From assembly GCA_037379345.1 (NCBI GenBank), contig CM074520.1:930001-994000 (forward strand): DNA of 64,000 nt, written 5' to 3'. The position numbers and the translations under genes were made by a program. Origin of the DNA: Perna viridis (taxonomy: Eukaryota). Positions 15,301 through 26,950 of this stretch are shown in pieces; positions within the stretch are counted from its first letter, which is position 1; each line of letters begins with the position of its first letter. Below the pieces are notes generated by a model. That model did not search any database. It was not told the DNA's origin and worked only from the letters and a program-made list of their open reading frames with translations.

Positions 15301-17766
15301 TCGTGATGTATTATCTTTTCATAATAAATGATAATTATTTAAAATCCTTGACTGTTGACTAGTTAACTTACCACCTCTGTTGTCCTACTACTGTAATAGG
15401 AATGAACAATGCATGATAGGAAAATGAGGGAAAGATAAAAGTCACCAAAATACATTCTCCTTTTTGCTAAAACATATTTTAATTATTGCATACATTTGTA
15501 ATGGATCAATTTTTTTAAAGCAAAGTTTAAACTTTTATTAAGAAATTCATTTAACTTGAAGTAACCGTGTAAAGAAACGTCCCACTAAGTCGTCTGTAAC
15601 ATAAAATTAAGAAATAATAAGTTATTTTAAATTTCAGTTGCAGCCCCATGCGTAACGGTAAATAACCCTTTTTAAGTTGGAACTTTTTATAAATATTTAC
15701 TAAAGATAAACCATCGTCTCCATCGTCTTCTAAAATTATGATTTAATATATTCTATCTTTACCATATAAGATAACAGTTTATTGATGTTGCTGCAACAAT
15801 GCATAGAGTAATCATTATACTGAAAAGGACTAATTTTTCCGTGACCGGAACGGTAAATTAGGAAGGTTTAATCATGAATAGCCGTCGTATTGGTATACAG
15901 ACTTCACTTCATGTCATATTCGAGTATTGAAAATAGACAAAAAAAAGCTAAGGGAACTTTAAACCTGAATTTATAAGTTAAAAAAAACCCAATTTCATCC
16001 AATATCCACATTCATATTGCTAAAGTGATATTCTCGTGATATATTCTAATCATTAAACAATCACGAATAAAGCAGGTAAGAAATTTTATATGACCAATGA
16101 ACGTTATAATATATCATCATATATTTTTATAAGACTTAAGTTTGCCAGTAAGTTTCTACCTTGAGGCTACAAAACTCTACTATTTTAAGTAATTTTACTT
16201 GTAAAAATAGCTATTTATATTTTAGATTTTTATTATATACTTATTTACTTGTTTATTATGAATATAAAATGTCAACAAAGTGACAACAAAGTCATTCATG
16301 GAGAAAACAGGATTGGACTTATAATTAAAGGATTGACATACTCAAATGAGTTATCAAAATAACTTCCTCAGTTGAAAGGTTTCTGTATGTCAGGCAAAAT
16401 CGTAGTAGATAAGTGCTATTATAACAAGTTAACTGATGTGAACACTCTGAAATTGTTCTCTTTTTTTGCAGAATTTGCTGTAAATGAAGAGTTCAAACCC
16501 CAATACAAATCCTTTATTTTGATATAAAAGTGATTTAAGGTTAACATTTATAGGTTGTCATATAACTAATGTAACTTTTGTTTTCAGGTATCTGCTGTTT
16601 TAAGAGATGAAGTATTACGGTTGCTATTGGAGACAGACCCAGACACTGCAGATACATTACTGAAGTCTTTGGGCAGTGATGTCAAGTATGCAGACTCTTA
16701 AAACGTGTAAAAAAAAATCAACATTACTATATATGATATTCATTCGAACAAAATACATATCTTCATTATTTTAACAGCGCCTGTCATACTAGCATGTACA
16801 TCAAAAGCAACAATATAAGTATTTACTCGGGTTACGCCTCGAACCTGGATCGCAAGAAAAATCATCATCGTTTCTTTATGATTCGTTAATACTTACATTT
16901 CACAGTACAATCTAAACAACACAGGAACCGAAATGTCTCGCTACAATGCATACTGAATATAGTAAATATTAATTATGATGTAGACTCAAAATGATTCTGA
17001 TATCAAGTTTACACTCAAAATAATTTGATTCATAATATGTTTTTTCAGCATTGAGCCAGATCCTGATACCACGTCTAGTAGCATCTATGACGATAGTGAC
17101 ACAGCCTCAATTCCACGGTCACCATGTAGTGAAACAGAACTCAATCCACAGAAACAAACTGATCATACGCCGTTACGGAATTCTAAAAGTGAAGAGGTTA
17201 TGACCCCAAGGACAAGACGACGTTTCTTCTTTTCTTCCGGTTTCGATGAAAAAAATGAAAACAATAATACAGAGAAGGAACGTCCATATTTTAGACTTGA
17301 CAGGAGTCCTAGTCCTCAGCCATTTAGGACACGTCGTTCGTCAAGAACTCCACGTGTGCAAATAACTCAAACTTCTAGTCCAGCTGTCGTACGTCGACAT
17401 CGTTCAAATGTAACCGACAGACCTCAGTCGGAAAATCTTAGCAACTGTCTTGCCATTCCTAAACCTCAGTACTCACGGCAACACAGCACGTCAGCAATAA
17501 ACACTCAGTCGTCTGCTGACGAAAGTCAAAGTAGTGGTGAAGGATCTGGACAATGGCTGCTACCGATGCCATCACCGTCGCCATCTGGTGGTACACCGAG
17601 AACACCTAGAGCATACTCTTCGCGACAAAGACCTTTAGGAGTTGCCGGTGGACGGTCACGTGTGCCATTTGAAAATTCAGAGTGGGAACGTGAAAGGTGG
17701 CGGCAGTGGGAAATGTTAGCGCGAGAAAATGTGGATGAACAGTGTGAAAAAGAGACGCTCGTATAG
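352..17766 (+). CDS. ARHGAP6: Rho GTPase-activating protein, ARHGAP6/ARHGAP36 family (5' end lies outside the window)
   Basis: GT-AG exons 352-508, 5385-5495, 5869-6007, 6435-6519, 7194-7392, 9339-9394, 9796-9946, 10692-10843, 13798-13977, 16588-16685 and 17049-17766 join in frame (2046 nt, 681 aa). RhoGAP motifs: [32 protein letters not shown] (Arg finger intact), [42 protein letters not shown]6-type segments: [28 protein letters not shown] and C-terminal [12 protein letters not shown]...ETLV. Confidence 0.93.
730..820. repeat. Short degenerate 9-nt tandem repeat (CTGGTGATC) in intron
   Basis: Repeated ctggtgatc/ctggtgacc units plus a duplicated gtgacctgaagaaa. Confidence 0.55.
3086..3422 (+). 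mobile_element. 3' end of Penelope-like retroelement (5'-truncated copy)
   Basis: Near-identical to 19119-19461. Core is gtttctagaaaagcagaggacgcttaccctacc...cccttgattactctt. It sits between gacagacggacggac and cctcgccacttcgtgttgcatgatataaaa, which look like two halves of a Helentron-type (HINE) end. Confidence 0.7.
8594..9138. repeat. Minisatellite, ~67-nt unit, 8 copies, in RhoGAP intron
   Basis: cccttgatag recurs at 8603, 8670, 8737, 8804, 8877, 8944 and 9011, with a variant at 9078. Confidence 0.95.
10027..10381. mobile_element. MITE with perfect 16-bp terminal inverted repeats
   Basis: GGGTATGTAAGTCTCG at 10027-10042 and CGAGACTTACATACCC at 10366-10381, flanked by TA on both sides. No ORF inside. 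Confidence 0.85.
14176..14328. repeat. Minisatellite, 38-nt unit, 4 copies
   Basis: Unit acacttaatggattaacctacctaaatctataaagttt starts at 14176, 14214, 14252 and 14290. Confidence 0.95.
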
Positions 17767-18403
17767 TTTTGTTTGTATTTTTTTTTTTATTATTGTGAAT
17801 GTTCTAGACAGGAAATGCATTTGTTAAAATATCAATCAAGACAAATATTAAACATGTTATTTATTTGTTATTTGGGGGGTAATCAAGACAGTTACAATAG
17901 AATAAAATTATATTATTACTGTATTTATTTTGTCTTAAAAATAATGATCAAACCGAGAATGAAAATGCAACCAACTAAAAGTTTTAGATTATACTTTCGA
18001 GCAAACGTTTACGAAATGTCCATTATGAGGGAACCAACTGTAATCTTTTACTAAGTCAGCAGGTCTTTTGTTTAATTAGAAAAGTCACACGACAACTACG
18101 TCTACTAAAAGGCAATAAAATACACCAACAAAACAGACCAATTACAAAAGAAAAGACAACTGATACACCAGCATCATATTCCTAAAATCGAAACGTTACG
18201 ACAAAAGAGATGATAATGCACAATTAAGAAATAGGTAAAAAATGATACGATGGAATTTCCATGATTTATTTCGGTTCCAATAGGACTAGTTTCTTCATAT
18301 TTTAGAACAGACGCAGCTTGTGTTACACGAAATGTTGGTCATGTGTTTATGACTTTTTTTACCATCTAAAGAGGTTTGAAGCACATCATATAAGAATTGT
18401 AAT

Positions 18404-18476
18404 TTTACAATTGTATACACTTCCCCTGTACCTATATTTACAATTGTATACACTTCCCTGTACCTATATTTACAAT
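18404..18476. repeat. Short tandem duplication (~32 nt)
   Basis: tttacaattgtatacacttccc(c)tgtacctata occurs twice. Confidence 0.85.
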
Positions 18477-18754
18477 CTATAGCGTATCAGTTACTCCCGT
18501 TCATGCTGTTTTTCCACTGGTTTTCCAAGTAAAGCGTGGATACTGTCAGGTATTTGTTATATTTTTTCGATGTCAGAACGACAGAAATATTATGGTCGTT
18601 ACTTTTTGATTCACCGATCCTATTCCATAGAAGAGTCAAAGTATTGCCATTTAGATTTTACGGCTTACCGGAATGAAAACTCGTAAAACTTGACGCTTGC
18701 TAGATTGTACTCACTTTGAACATGAAGGGTACCGCTGGCGGAGGATGTAGACTT

Positions 18755-19782
18755 AGGTAGTCAATACGTTTAGGTCATTTCTGAAAATTTGGTCTCATTT
18801 TGTTAAATTAAAGCTGTTTTGAGGCAGTCCGCACAGAAGTGTTTTGTCATAAAAAGTGCATAATTTTGAAATCCTTGGTATGTGGAGGTTCAGGTCATTT
18901 ATAAGTAATTTAGTGATAGTTGTTATAAAATCCAGTAGCCATGGTAACATACATTATCTATTATAAGCCAAAGAAGTAACATTTTTTACTTAAAAGTGGT
19001 TAGAATAGCACATATCGCAAGAAGATACTAGAAGATCTTTTATGACTTCGCATTTGAAATGATGAAACTTCAGAAAATTCGGTTGCTAAGGACTTATTTG
19101 CACTAAACAATTAAATTTCTCGTGGATCGTTGTGGTGTATCCATCAGCACTATGAAAACTGATTTATTCAACGGGTCATAGTTTTCCTTTCCTCGTTTGT
19201 CTACCCCGACTTGACTTTTTATGAGCAACTCGGCGGGTGTTTCTAGAAAAGCAGAGGACGCTTACCCTACCGGTGCACCTGGTTCATGCTCCCAGTTTTT
19301 AGTGGAATCCGGATTGCTCATTTACTTTTGTTACTTTGTATGTATGATTTTAGTTACTTTATGTTCTTTGTTGTGTATGTCTGTTTTCCATGTCTGGTCT
19401 TTGTCCGTGGATTACATTCTTTTGATTACCGCTATAACCTTGGTTCCCTTGATTACCTCTTAACACAAACTATATTTTCTTACTCAATGTACCTTAACCT
19501 ACACAAGGAATTGTGGTTTCTATGGTGAAAATCCTATTTTTTTTTTAGATGTAGGGTTTCTGAAAACTTGCCATAAGGTAGTACAATACGGTTAGGTCAT
19601 TTCTGATAATTTTGGTCTCATTTTGCTGAAATAAAGCTTTTTTGAGGCAGTTCGCACAGAAATTTCAAGTGTTTTATTATAAAAAGTGCATATTTTTGAA
19701 ATCCTTGGTGTGTGGATGTCCAGGTCATTTATAAGTAATTTAGTAATTATTGTTATAAAATCCAGTAGCCATGGTAACATAC
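18755..19782. repeat. ~200-nt direct repeat pair (18755-18952 and 19576-19782), probably tandem units of a non-autonomous transposon, interrupted by a Penelope-like copy
   Basis: Both copies read taggtcatttctga...ggtctcattttg...gaggcagt...aaaaagtgcata...caggtcatttataagtaatttagt...tccagtagccatggtaacatac. Confidence 0.8.
19119..19461 (+). mobile_element. 3' end of Penelope-like retroelement, including the last codons of its RT ORF
   Basis: 19119-19181 translates [20 protein letters not shown], which resembles the C-terminus of bivalve Penelope-like RTs (recalled as HDLVDRYGISVSQM). It is followed by the 3' UTR shared with the other copies. Confidence 0.7.
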
Positions 19783-19815
19783 TGAAAAAAAATATTACTG
19801 AGTTTTACTACCAAT

Positions 19816-20012
19816 CAGGGGTGCCTTTCAAAAACTAACAGCCAAATACTATGTGTTATAAAAAATCAGACACTTAGACATTACCACAGGATGCAATCAA
19901 GCATGGAGTAGGTGGAAAAAGGGTAAAAATAAGACCCTTTTCGATTCATTCTCAGGCAATTTTAGTTTCAAAAGTTCGTGCGAAATAAGGTATTTTGAAA
20001 ATCAGCCTTCTG
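19816..20012. mobile_element. Probable degenerate MITE
   Basis: Imperfect inverted ends tcaggggtgcctttcaaaa ... ttttgaaaatcagccttctga. Confidence 0.35.
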
Positions 20013-20246
20013 ATGCTGATGAGAGATCTATTACGACAGAGGACCGAAACGTTCCAGATACCATTTTTCATTTAAATTACACCTGTTTACCATTATATAT
20101 ATTACATCTGTCTATGTATAAATATTTAACTACATTTAAACAATATATTCACCAAATTTCAACTTTTAATTTTAAGTTTTACAAAATTTTACATGGATAA
20201 CTTGGTGTGCAAAACAGTGCGCTTAAATGTAACTGTATAGTGCACC

Positions 20247-20440
20247 CTTATCCTGCTGTCACGCCCGGTATGACTGGTACCACTTGCGTAGGATATATGC
20301 TTATCCTGCTGTCACGCCCGGTATGACTAGTACCACTTGCGTAGGATAAATGCTTATCCTGCTGTCACGCCCGGTATGACTGGTACCACTTGCGTAGGAT
20401 ATATGCTTATCTTGCTGTCACGCCCGGCATGATGGGTACC
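20247..20440. repeat. Minisatellite, 53-nt unit, ~3.7 copies
   Basis: Unit cttatcctgctgtcacgcccggtatgactggtaccacttgcgtaggatatatg starts at 20247, 20300, 20353 and 20406. Confidence 0.95.
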
Positions 20441-22216
20441 GCTAATATACTAGTAGGTTAAGTTATATCCTCCCAACAACTGAAATAAAATATCCTTCTG
20501 ATTTGTTTTCACCAGCATCACGAATTATCGCTGGTCATAAAATGTCCATCTTTTTATGCTCGGTATTTCTTTTCTTAGAAAGAGGCTTGTCTCATTGAAA
20601 AAGCTATACTCCATCATCCTATCCTGTATTTGGCTATATACCTTACCATGAATAATTGGATAATATATGAATGATTATCTACACGGAATGTTTGTCGTTT
20701 TGTTTTTCTTGAGGAGTCCTTTTCACTGGATAACTACCAGGATTTGAACGGAAATAAAAACAACATAACCCAAGGAGGAAGAAATGGACATACCCAACTC
20801 AAAATTCGTGTTATACGGAGTCGAGTCTTGTAGTAATCTATCTCAAATATCGAGAGAGATTTGGTGGGCTGGGGCAAGGTAAGCGGAAAATAAGAATAGC
20901 AAAATATACTTTGACAGAAACAACACACATCATTCGCAAATAAAAGACTGAGAAGGCCATAGGTTTAGATTCATAGAAAAGTGAAATTAAAAAGCATGAT
21001 TACAATTTGTTGATTCGTCTGCCATTTTTTACTTGATTAGTTTTAATTCGGACAAAATTGATTATTTTCTTCGTCACAGTTACCAATTGATTTCAAATGT
21101 ACTGTAGCAAACTTTTTCAATTTGGTAAATCCCTAAGTGTCAATCAATACTTATTGTTTAAAGAAAAGTAACTCAGTAATATATGAGAGAAATTATTTAA
21201 ATATCCCGGTAATGCTAAAGGTAAAACAGAAAATGTCACACTATTTATGTTGTTTTAGTTATTTGTAATCTCAGTCACCATATCGACAAATGTACCACCA
21301 AATAATTATAGAAAAAGACCATTTGGGGTGAAGTGGTAAAGGAAAAAGTATACTACATAAGAAAAAAAGAGAACGGTATTTTAAGCATCACATCGTTCAA
21401 TTAGACTTATAATTGGTTATGATGCAACGCTGGTCAACAGCACCAATGATTAAACAAGTGTTTTGGATAGGTTTTATTTAGTGATTCTTTTCTCGATAAA
21501 ATGATTTCCACATGCTTTCAACACTGTCAACCAAAAGAATATTTACGGTCCATAATTATGTCATCTTTCCTATGCAGGATATTGCATTTTCGACAAAAGA
21601 GAAAATATCACTACTTTTCTCCAAGACAATTCTTTGTTGCAAATTAGTTCTATTTACTAGTGATTAATCTTACCTCATCCTTTATATAAGTTGAATCTAA
21701 AGTATAGACTTTTAAAAACACGAAAATGAAATTTTCAGAGAAAAAAACCATTTAAATTAATCAGTATAAGATTTGGCTTCTTATTTTGATATTTTTATTT
21801 TGGGTACTTCATATTTATATTTTTTTATTTGTATTTCAAAGTTCATCGATGGTTTTGTGACCTCGTCGGCCGATATGAAGTATCTGACTTTCAGAGTTTT
21901 CAATCAGGATAGTTTATGCAATGTCGTCAGTCAGATTGTTTCTCTTTTTTTGCCGCTTTTAACATGGATGAAGAGCGAAGCAAAAAACTCGGTCCACACT
22001 CTTAATGTCTTTAGTGGTATCTAAGATATTGATTTCAGTTTTTGAATTCTCTGCAGTTTTAATCGTTGTGCACTTTGATTTTTCCCTTTGTTGTGTTATG
22101 AATTCGAGGTTTCTATTTTGTCCTAACCATGTAAATGATTTTAAATTACAAACCAATAATTCTCTAACACCAAAATCTTCCTGTTTGCTCTTCCAAAAGT
22201 TTGAACAACTAACTTC

Positions 22217-22427
22217 AGAAAAGCAGAGGACGCTTACCCTACCGGTACACCTGGTCCATGCTCCCAGTTTTTAGTGGAGTCCGAGTTGCTCATCTACTTT
22301 TGTTACTTTGTATGTATTATTTTAGTTACTTTATGTTCTGTGTTGTGTATGTCTGTTTTCCATGTCTGGTCCTTGTCAATGAATTACATTCTTTTGAATA
22401 TAACCTTGATTCCCTTGATTACTCTTT
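22217..22427 (+). mobile_element. Penelope-like 3' end, truncated copy
   Basis: agaaaagcagaggacgcttaccctaccggtacacctggtccatgctcccag...cccttgattactctt matches the copies at 3086 and 19119. Confidence 0.75.
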
Positions 22428-22700
22428 CAGTCTATGAAATATAATGTCGTTTTAAAAGAAAGCAAAAAGCTGAGTTCCATTTTCAAATGATATTTCTTAA
22501 ACGTTTTAAGAAAACAAACATTTTTGCAAACATATCGACAACCTTACAAATTTAAAAGTTTAAAATGAAAAATTAACAGTATTATTAGTGACAGTGTAAA
22601 ACATTTATAAAAAATCTCTATTCTTCCTTCCCCATTCACATGCCCCATTTTATCCCCCAACTGCTATATACATTTAGTTGAGGTAATGAGAGACTTTGAC

Positions 22701-25700
22701 CTAATCATCACGGAACTGTTGTACAGTTAAAATCCTCTCAGTCGACGCCGTCGACAGAGTCCCCTTAACCAGTCGGGGCAATCGACGATCGTCGAAATTA
22801 TCCTGTAAAGTTTGTTCTCTCATTCTTTCAGTACGTAGATTTGTGATACCCGTCATTTCTGAAGGCTCTGGGTCCTTGTTTCTACACCTCATGTACGTTT
22901 TTACTGAACAATAAGTAGCGGCAATGAAAATAGAACCCATGAATACTGTTCCAAGGACAATAGCAATGGCTATACCGACCTTTGATGTATTAGATCCTTC
23001 GAATGGTTCATTGACTGCAATTAAAAATTTTTTTTTAAAGTTGGCAAACATTTGTAATATTTTTCTTGCATTTAAACCCATCTTGTTTTTTTAAATGTAA
23101 ATTCACATTATTTAAAAAAATCAATTAGTTATTTGTACTAAAAATTTTCACTTAGTCGTATACGTTGCAAAAAAGAATTTGGTCCTTTCGGCAAGTATTT
23201 GAAGTGGTCGAATCGCGTTGTAAATGCTATTAAGAATCATCAGAGAGAATATTGATAAAACAAATTGAGCAACTTTATATAAGTGCAGTTACACTTTGAA
23301 TTAGTTATTTGTTAAGCTTTGATGGGAATTAAACTACAGAACTATGTATCATAAACAGATACCCTATACTTTTGAGGAATATGTAAATTTAAATTATATA
23401 TGGTACTATCTATCATAAACAGTTACCTTCTACTTTTGAATAAAAAAAATATATTATATGTAAATTGAATATAATATATGTAAGTTTAATGTAATATGTA
23501 AATTTATGTAATATGGAACTATCATAAACAGTCAGTTTTGAGTATATTGAAATTTAAACTACGTATGGAACTATCCATCAAATAGTTTCCTTCTACCTTT
23601 GAAGTATATGTAAATTTAAACTACTTATGGAACTATCCATCAAATAGTTTCCTTCTACCTTTGAAGTATATGTAAATTTAAACTACTTATGGAACTATCC
23701 ATCATAAACAGTTTCCTTCTACCTTTGAAGGATATGTAAATTTAAACTACGTATGGAACTATCCATCATGAACAGTTTCCTTCTACCTTTGAAGGATATG
23801 TAAATTTAAACTACGTATGAAACTATTCATCAAAAACAGTTACTTTTGAAGTATATGTAAATTTAAACTACTTATGGAACCATCCATCATAAACAGTTTC
23901 ATTCTACCTTTGAAGTATATGCAAATTTAAACTACGTATGGAACTACCCATCAAAAAACAGTTACTTTTGAAGTATATTGAAATTTAAACTACGTATGGA
24001 ACTATTCATCATTAACAGTTTCCTTCTACCTTTGAAGTGTATGTAAATTTAAACTACTGATGAAATTCATCGAAACAGTTACCTTCTACTTTTGAAGTAT
24101 ATGTGAATTTAAACTCGTGCTTAGTACGTCCACTGATTGATTTAAACACAACATAGATATGTCCACCTGCAGCAGCTGGGATCTGAACTTGAGATGTTAC
24201 ATTACCACAAACCTCCTTTAATACTGTACCACTAACGGAGTCGCCTTAGATATTAAAACAAAAAAAGTTAAAAAATAAAAAGTATAACTTAAGTAATTCT
24301 TACATCAAATTCATAAAAAATGACAATTCTAGCTTTCTTTGAATATGATAGCAAACAAACTATAACAAAACACATTCGACTTATGTAAGAAAATAATATC
24401 ACATCATTGTTTTAATATCAACAAACTAATTTGGATTATCTTTTTATCGTGAGGGTTTTATTTATATCAAAGGATTGTTTCAAATGTTTTGCAAAACGAT
24501 AGCTAAAGATAGTAAGGCTCAAGTATATATCAATGATAGTGTTTCCCTAAAGTAATATCAATATTTGTGAACAGAGTGCAATTACAAGTTATAAAGCCAT
24601 ATGCAAATCTTTTGTTAACTTGACCATAGCAAAACTCCATATTTAATATGATTATTTATACAAGAGAAATCAAGGAACCAAGATTCGAGCGGAAACCAAA
24701 AGATAATACAAAGGATAACGACTAGACACACCGGTAGGGAAGGCATCCTCTGCTTTTCTAGTATAGTTGCTAATAAAATGTCACTTCTGGAGTAGACGAA
24801 AGAGGAAAACTATGACACTACAGTTAAATTGGTTCTCATGGTGCAGAAAATATTTAAAAAATATATCCATATTTACCGTCATAGAAAATCAGACTGGTAT
24901 CCGGACAGTTTCCAACAACACGGACGTAGTTAATAACTAAAAACAGTGGTGTTCCGATCGGTCCTTCAATTAACCACTGACAATCGTATCTAATTGGGTA
25001 AATTATAGTAAGATTTTTTAATAATCTTAAATACAATATGAAATAAAAACTTACTAAGTATAAACTTATGAACAAGAAAGCATATTCTCTTCAAATAAAG
25101 ATTTATCGTCATGTAAAAGTTATCAAGGGAAACAGAAATCATTGCTCGAAAACTAAATCTGTGGATGTCAATCACGGCTTATCTCTCTATCATAATTGTA
25201 GAGCTGATTTAGTCCAATGTTTCAAGAGGACTACATTTTTCTTGTGTCATTCATTGTAGTGTCAAGAAATAAAATCAGACATGAGTTTTGAAAGAAATCA
25301 ACATTTTTTTTTTATTGAGATCATAATCACCAAATATATGACAGTTATGCAAGTGTTACAATTTCCCCTTTTTCAATTAAAACATATTTGGACTAACATA
25401 CCAAACATTTTTTTTCAAATACCTTTTAATGCCTTTTTTCTCATGATGTTTTTCGATGCTTTTTTACGAAAGTGGGGTCAGTAAACATTACAGGATGTTA
25501 ATCTTACCGGTGCAGCTGGACCATGCACCTAGTTGGTGGTTGTGCACGGGATGCTAGTTCAAATTTCAGTTCCTGAATGTTTTGTGTCGGATTCGGAATG
25601 CTTGTTATGTCTGTCTCCGTTTTCTTTGTTTTAGGTTGCTCGTTTCGTTTAAGCCAACCAAAGGTTTTGACAGGATTTCATTATGTTTTTTGTTTCTGTT

Positions 25701-26731
25701 TTCGCTTCTTTGTTCATGATTGCTCGTTTCTATATAGCTATCTTTTTGTTTTCACACGATTCACGTATGCAGCTTGTTATTTATGTCTGTTTGCTTTGCA
25801 TGCTCTTTGTCCCTCACTTGTCCAATTTTTTTATACGTGTGATTGCCCTTGATTTTACATCAAATATGACAATAGGGAATAAATTCAAACACCCCCCCCA
25901 AATTATATTAACGATATAACGTTCATTCTTACGTTGACTTCGTGCTTTCTTTAGTTGAATCAAACATTGTATACAACGTCCTTCGTTCTGAAGCCGGTCT
26001 AGATTTAACGGTTCCATCGCATGCTCCTGAAACATAAGAAATGTACATGAAAAGTGACACATTTATTTGTTTACTTAATAGGTATCGACAAAATGGAAAT
26101 TGTCCATCATATTGTTTTGCACCCTTTTTAATATTTAAAATTGCATGTTGCATATAAGCTTGTTATTTTTTTTAAATCTATGTATAATGTTATATGTATA
26201 TGATCAGAATATTGTCTATTGTTTTACATACTATCGATTTCAAATAAAACTAATCAGCCATTCTCGTTACACAGGAGAAATAACCTCTAATGCACTAGGC
26301 GAAAGAATCTATCCGGGCTTTGTCCGATCCGATTTTAAAATTAAACCTCAACTGGTTGAATTATCCCCATTACTTTTTTAGCTCCTCTTTTCGCGCCAAA
26401 ATTATCGTAAAAGGTTTTAGTGATCTTAGCGCCACCTAATGGATATAACTATTTTGGTTCGCGAAACTTAACATTTCCGGCAAATAATATAAGAAGAAAT
26501 TGTCCTTTCTGCATCCATTATTATTTTTAGTTTAGCAAAAATGTCTGTAGTTACGATCGTATCGCTTAATCATTTATTGTTGTTTGGAATACGTAAACAT
26601 TAATATATTTGTGCCAATTTTTGAGCATAAAACATTCATTTAATGTTGGTGCTATTACCTGATGTTGCATAAGACGTCTCAATATATGTACATGTATAGC
26701 ATATAAAACCAAAAGCAATAATGCCTTTCAT
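22701..26731 (-). CDS. Single-CUB-domain type I membrane protein (251 aa)
   Basis: Minus-strand exons 26731-26659 (signal-like MKGIIAFGFICYTCTYIETSYATS), 26026-25933 (GACDG...), 24989-24877 (YDCQWLIEGP...GNCPDTSLIFYD), 24244-24083 (GDSVSGTVLKEVCGN...IYVVFKS...FKFTY) and 23014-22701 (TM VGIAIAIVLGTVFMGSIFIAATYC). All are GT-AG, total 756 nt in frame. Intron phases match the CUB modules of the neighbouring gene. Confidence 0.85.
23325..24115 (-). repeat. Minisatellite (~57-64-nt unit, ~11-12 copies) derived from an exon 3' end plus splice donor of the single-CUB gene
   Basis: Minus-strand unit TTTAAATTTACATATACTTCAAAGGTAGAAG|gaaactgtttatgatggatagttccatacgtag. The true exon end is TTTAAATTCACATATACTTCAAAAGTAGAAG|gtaactgttt. 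Confidence 0.92.
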
Positions 26732-26887
26732 GATTAACTGTTTCCCAAGGATTCACCAAAGAATCACATGCTGAAAAATAATGATTAAAACTTAAAAAAA
26801 AACAGATTAAAGAGTTTCTATATTGTATTTTTCCTTGCATACTAGATTTAAAGTTTGATACTAAACGTATCAGATTATAATACTTTA

Positions 26888-26950
26888 ACTCGGCGGGTGT
26901 TTCAAGAAAAGCAGAGGACGCTTACCTGGAGCACCTGGTCCATGCTACCA
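26888..26950 (+). mobile_element. Penelope-like 3' UTR fragment
   Basis: actcggcgggtgtttcaagaaaagcagaggacgcttacc...cacctggtccatgct. Similar short fragments lie near 24700-24845 (-), 25500-25560, 28172-28197, 32676-32732 and 53440-53580. Confidence 0.6.

Noticed and set aside
18935-18948. Near-perfect X-box GTAGCCATGGTAAC, also at 19765-19778
   Set aside because: It lies inside a repeat unit downstream of a gene, far from any start site.
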